A DNA stretch of 51,553 bases. Source: an uncultured bacterium (lineage in GTDB: Bacteria > Patescibacteriota > Minisyncoccia > Minisyncoccales > RBG-13-42-11). Below are positions 48,274 through 51,553 of this stretch, piece by piece (the stretch's first letter is position 1; each line of letters starts with the position of its first letter). A model generated the notes under the pieces. That model was not told the origin of the DNA and did no database searches. It saw only the letters and a program-made list of their open reading frames with translations. Both the position numbers and the translations under genes were made by a program. The stretch is from positions 1-51,553 of the forward strand of contig CAWBPO010000002.1 of the NCBI GenBank assembly GCA_963790795.1, given 5' to 3'.

Positions 48274-49224
48274 ATGGATATCAATAATTTTCTGCCCTCG
48301 GTCAAAAGAAACATTCCTCTGAAAAATCACACTGCCTTTAGAATCGGCGGGCCAGCCAGATATTTTTTTGAAGCAAAAAGCAAAGATGATTTGCTTTTGG
48401 CGTTGAAGATGGCAAAAAGATTCAACTTGCCTTTTTTTAATTCCCGAGTAAAACGAGGGAGTCAAAGTTCCCGACGAGCAAAGCGAGGAGGGGTTTTTAT
48501 TTTGGGCGGAGGGAGCAACCTGTTGGTTTCTGATAAAGGTTACAAAGGATTGGTTATTAAAATGATGAATGATGATTACCGGATATTAAAGAACGAGATT
48601 ATTGCAGGAGCAGGAATACTTTTGGGAAGATTGGTTATTGTTGCCACTGAACATGGTCTGTCTGGATTAGAATGGTCTTTTGGAATTCCCGGGACGGTCG
48701 GAGGAGCTATTTTTGGAAATGCCGGAGCTTTCGGAAAATCGATGAAAAATGTCATTAGAAAGGTTGAAGTTTTCAATGCAAAAAATTTGAAATTTGAAAC
48801 ATATAATTTAAAAGACTGCAGATTTGATTATCGAGAAAGCGTTTTTAAGAAAAAAAAGAATTTAATTATAGTATCTGTGTTTCTAAAATTGAAAAAAGGA
48901 AAGAAATCTGAAATCAAAAAGAGAATGGAAAAGAATATTGATTACAAAAAAAGTAATCAGCCCTTAAATTATCCTTCAGCTGGGTCTGTGTTTAAAAATC
49001 CGGATAAAAAATCTGCCGCAAAGCTGATTGAAGATTGCGGTTTGAAAGGAAAAAAAATAGGAAAAGCAAAAATTTCCTGGAAGCACGCCAATTTTATTGT
49101 TAATTTGGGCGGAGCTCGGGCAGAAAACGTTAAAAATTTGATAAATTTTACAAAAAAGGCGGTAAAAAAACGTTTCGGCGTGTCGCTAAAAGAGGAAATT
49201 CAATATTTGGGTTTTGAAAATTAG
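48274..49224 (+). CDS. murB: UDP-N-acetylenolpyruvoylglucosamine reductase carrying a 20-aa insertion
   Basis: HTAFRIGGPA, ILGGGSNLL, GIPGTVGGA..GNAGA, YRES, PSAGSVFKNP, KHANFIVN. Confidence 0.95.
   Translation: MDINNFLPSVKRNIPLKNHTAFRIGGPARYFFEAKSKDDLLLALKMAKRFNLPFFNSRVKRGSQSSRRAKRGGVFILGGGSNLLVSDKGYKGLVIKMMNDDYRILKNEIIAGAGILLGRLVIVATEHGLSGLEWSFGIPGTVGGAIFGNAGAFGKSMKNVIRKVEVFNAKNLKFETYNLKDCRFDYRESVFKKKKNLIIVSVFLKLKKGKKSEIKKRMEKNIDYKKSNQPLNYPSAGSVFKNPDKKSAAKLIEDCGLKGKKIGKAKISWKHANFIVNLGGARAENVKNLINFTKKAVKKRFGVSLKEEIQYLGFEN
48434..48499. mobile_element. 60-bp in-frame palindromic insertion flanked by TTTTTA direct repeats
   Basis: TTTTTA at 48434-39 and 48494-99; contains tcccgagtaaaacgaggga and cccgacgagcaaagcgaggaggg. 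Confidence 0.7.
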
Positions 49225-49312
49225 ATTTTTTCCATTTTCCATTTTTATTTTCTATTTTTCGGTTTTCCACACTTGACAAAGTTTTTCAAAATGAAAAAAT
49301 ATACTAATGGAT

Positions 49313-49336
49313 GCGAATAGTTAGTCGACTATTCGC
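49313..49336 (+). promoter_or_regulatory. 5' leader hairpin GCGAATAGT-tagtcg-ACTATTCGC
   Basis: Perfect 9-bp stem downstream of TTTTCCACA (49263) and TTGACA (49273). Confidence 0.6.
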
Positions 49337-49367
49337 TGAGACTCTTTTAAAAATCGTTACCATTCTC

Positions 49368-49403
49368 ATGGCAAAGAAAAAAGCAAAGAAAAAGAAGAAA
49401 TAA
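49368..49403 (+). CDS. Candidate 11-aa lysine-rich micropeptide MAKKKAKKKKK
   Basis: ATG GCA AAG AAA AAA GCA AAG AAA AAG AAG AAA TAA between a leader hairpin and a terminator. Confidence 0.55.
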   Translation: MAKKKAKKKKK

Positions 49404-49414
49404 ATTATTTTCTC

Positions 49415-49447
49415 CCCCTCACTTAAAAAGTGAGGGGTTGTTTTTTT
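49415..49447 (+). terminator. Intrinsic terminator
   Basis: cccctcactt/aagtgagggg plus T tract. Confidence 0.85.
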
Positions 49448-49511
49448 ATTACTCTTTACAAAAAAGTTTTTTAATGCTAAAAAGATAAAAAGAATAATTT
49501 TAACAAGATAA

Positions 49512-49625
49512 CCAGTTAATCGCTTTTTGTTTCACTCTTTGTTTTTCCGAGCACATAATCAGCAAACTTATATGCTCGGTTAGCTGGGGAAAGTTTAAAA
49601 TCTTTCCTGTGGTAAGCGATTGACT
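49512..49625 (+). promoter_or_regulatory. Structured speD leader, candidate RNA switch
   Basis: 12-bp closing stem 49514-25/49614-25 enclosing two hairpins; alternative 11-bp pairing 49512-22/49577-87. Confidence 0.55.
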
Positions 49626-49633
49626 ACAGTATT

Positions 49634-50029
49634 ATGACTGGCAAAACAAAGAGATCCATTCAATGGGTCAAAAAATTCAAAAAACAAAAATACGCCGGCA
49701 TTCATTTGATTGCCGAATTTTGGCATGGAGAAATTATTGAAGACCCCAAAAAAATCAAAAAAATCCTCATAGCAGCAGTTAAAGAAGCAAAGAGCGCTCC
49801 TTTGGAAGTGGTTATCCATAAATTTTCACCCCAAGGCCTGACCGGGGTTGTTTTGTTGAAAGAGTCTCACATCGCTATCCACGCCTGGCCTGAATTTGAT
49901 TATGTGGCCATTGATATTTTCACCTGCGGGGACCGGGCCAAGCCCCAAAAAGCCTTGCAATATTTAAGGAGAAAATTAAAGCCCAAAAAGGTTGTGATAA
50001 AAGAGATAAAAAGAGGGATAATGAAATAA
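49634..50029 (+). CDS. speD: S-adenosylmethionine decarboxylase proenzyme
   Basis: GIHLIAE, HKFSPQG.TGVVLL.ESHIAIH.WPE, DIFTCG. Confidence 0.95.
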   Translation: MTGKTKRSIQWVKKFKKQKYAGIHLIAEFWHGEIIEDPKKIKKILIAAVKEAKSAPLEVVIHKFSPQGLTGVVLLKESHIAIHAWPEFDYVAIDIFTCGDRAKPQKALQYLRRKLKPKKVVIKEIKRGIMK

Positions 50030-50038
50030 TTTCAAACG

Positions 50039-50926
50039 ATGCAAAAGAAATGGTACACCGATAAATATATTAAAAATTGCCATGTTCGCTTCAGAGTAAA
50101 GAAATTTCTCTTTCAGAAAAAAACAAAATTTCAGAAAATAGAAATTTTTGATTTGTTTGATTATGGAAAAAGTTTGGTGATTGACGGTATTGCTCAAAGT
50201 GCGGAAAAAGATGAATGGGTTTATCATGAATCTTTGATTCATCCGGCTTTGATTTTGCAGCCGGTTAATAAAAAATTAGAAATATTAGTTTTGGGGGCTG
50301 GCGAAGGAGCAACTTTAAGAGAATTATTGAAATATAAGAACGTAAAAAGGATAGCTGCCGTTGATATTGATTTGGAGGCGGTAAAAATATTCAAGAAATT
50401 TTTTCCGAAAATGCACCAAGAGTCTTTTGACGATAAAAGGGTGAATTTGGTCATTGACAGCGCCGAAAATTTCCTTAAAAAAACAGAGAAGAAATATGAT
50501 ATTATTTTTTCTGATATCAGCGACTTTACTTTTTTTAATCTTGGTTCAAAAGAAAATAAATCACAAATAAATTTTTATAAGCTTATCTTTGAAAAGTTAG
50601 ACAAAAATGGAATCTTTGTCATGCATACTTACGAATTTGATGAGATAGATTATGAAGACCATTTTAAAATTAAAAGAACAGTTGAGAAAGTTTTTCCGAA
50701 AACATATTCTTATCGAAGTTATATTCCATTTTTTACTGCTTATTGGGGATTTTTGATTTCTTCTCCGAATAGGAAATTTAATCCTTTAAATGTATCCTCT
50801 AAAATCATTCAAGAAAGGATGAGAAAGCAAAAATTAGAGAAAAAACTCAAATATTTCAGTCCTGACATTTTTAAGGCGATTTTTACTTTGCCGCCATTTT
50901 TGAAAAAAATTGAAAATAAAATATAA
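50039..50926 (+). CDS. speE: Spermidine synthase/polyamine aminopropyltransferase
   Basis: TKFQKIEI, LVIDG..Q, DEWVYHESLIHP, LVLGAGEGATLRE, VDID. Confidence 0.92.
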   Translation: MQKKWYTDKYIKNCHVRFRVKKFLFQKKTKFQKIEIFDLFDYGKSLVIDGIAQSAEKDEWVYHESLIHPALILQPVNKKLEILVLGAGEGATLRELLKYKNVKRIAAVDIDLEAVKIFKKFFPKMHQESFDDKRVNLVIDSAENFLKKTEKKYDIIFSDISDFTFFNLGSKENKSQINFYKLIFEKLDKNGIFVMHTYEFDEIDYEDHFKIKRTVEKVFPKTYSYRSYIPFFTAYWGFLISSPNRKFNPLNVSSKIIQERMRKQKLEKKLKYFSPDIFKAIFTLPPFLKKIENKI

Positions 50927-50933
50927 TTAAAGT

Positions 50934-51488
50934 ATGCCTTTAGCGCTAAGAATATTATTATTGACCGATGGGCTTTATTTGCTTGCTGCTGCAATGTTGG
51001 GTCCGATTTATGCGATTTTTGTTGAAGAAATTGGAGGAGACATTTTGACAGCAGGAGCTTCATTTGCGGTTTTTTCTTTGGTAATGGGAATATTAATTCT
51101 TTTTATTGGAAAAATTGAAGACATTGTTTTGAAAGAAACAGAACTGTGGATATGCGCAGGTTATTTTATAATTGCCCTTGGTTTCTTTGGATATCTTTTT
51201 CTTCAAACTCAGTGGCATTTGTTTGTTATTCAAATAATTTTGGGCATTGGGTATGCTGTTCAATGCCCAGCTTTTAGTGCGGTTTATTCAAGACATTTAG
51301 ATTACAAGAAAACCGCTTTCCAGTGGGGTTCTTGGGACGCGACAAACAGCTTCGCTACAGCTGGCGGAGCAATAGTAGGTTCTGTTTTGGCTACGATTTT
51401 CGGATTCAAAATTTTATTCGTCATTATGGGAATATTGCCCCTTATATCTGCTTTGATAATTTTATTTTTGCCGCGTAAACTTTTATAA
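50934..51488 (+). CDS. Half-size (6-TM) MFS transporter
   Basis: Six hydrophobic helices, GKIED motif-A-like, QIILGIG. Confidence 0.75.
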   Translation: MPLALRILLLTDGLYLLAAAMLGPIYAIFVEEIGGDILTAGASFAVFSLVMGILILFIGKIEDIVLKETELWICAGYFIIALGFFGYLFLQTQWHLFVIQIILGIGYAVQCPAFSAVYSRHLDYKKTAFQWGSWDATNSFATAGGAIVGSVLATIFGFKILFVIMGILPLISALIILFLPRKLL

Positions 51489-51519
51489 GAATTTGTTGAA
51501 AAAAGTTCAATTATTTAGT

Positions 51520-51550
51520 AATCGGCTGCATTTTAAAGAAGCCGATTTTT
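51520..51550 (+). terminator. Intrinsic terminator
   Basis: aatcggct/agccgatt plus T tract. Confidence 0.65.
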
Positions 51551-51553
51551 ATT

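Overview
AT-rich bacterial chromosome segment whose gene content and style (few Shine-Dalgarno sites, leaderless promoters, coiled-coil plus peptidoglycan-binding surface proteins, an HTH/ECF-sigma/anti-sigma/S-layer-like gene block) suggest a Patescibacteria/CPR (Parcubacteria-like) genome; this is inference. Positions 1-21.5 kb hold a block of large secreted/surface proteins bracketed by two AbiEii-type toxin-antitoxin modules. Positions 21.9-48 kb hold a ~26 kb surface-glycan cluster (flippase, GDP-heptose pathway, dehydratases/epimerases, two split TPP enzymes, four methyltransferases, glycosyltransferases, initiating transferase, aminotransferase, PglF-like dehydratase). Two O-antigen-ligase/O-OTase+TPR paralogs are present, one beside the S-layer-like gene and one closing the cluster. 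murB, speD, speE and a half-MFS gene follow. Many genes carry single-base frameshifts, probably sequencing errors. The most unusual signals are non-coding: two convergent, independently promoted small RNAs with 9-nt mutual complementarity (48035-48270); a speD leader with mutually exclusive pairings; an 11-aa MAKKKAKKKKK micro-ORF with its own hairpin leader and terminator; a recurrent GTCGA motif in 5' UTRs; a covarying two-hairpin element abutting two start codons; and short palindrome families that also sit in frame inside proteins, including a 60-bp insert in murB. No rRNA, tRNA, CRISPR array or transposase was recognised.
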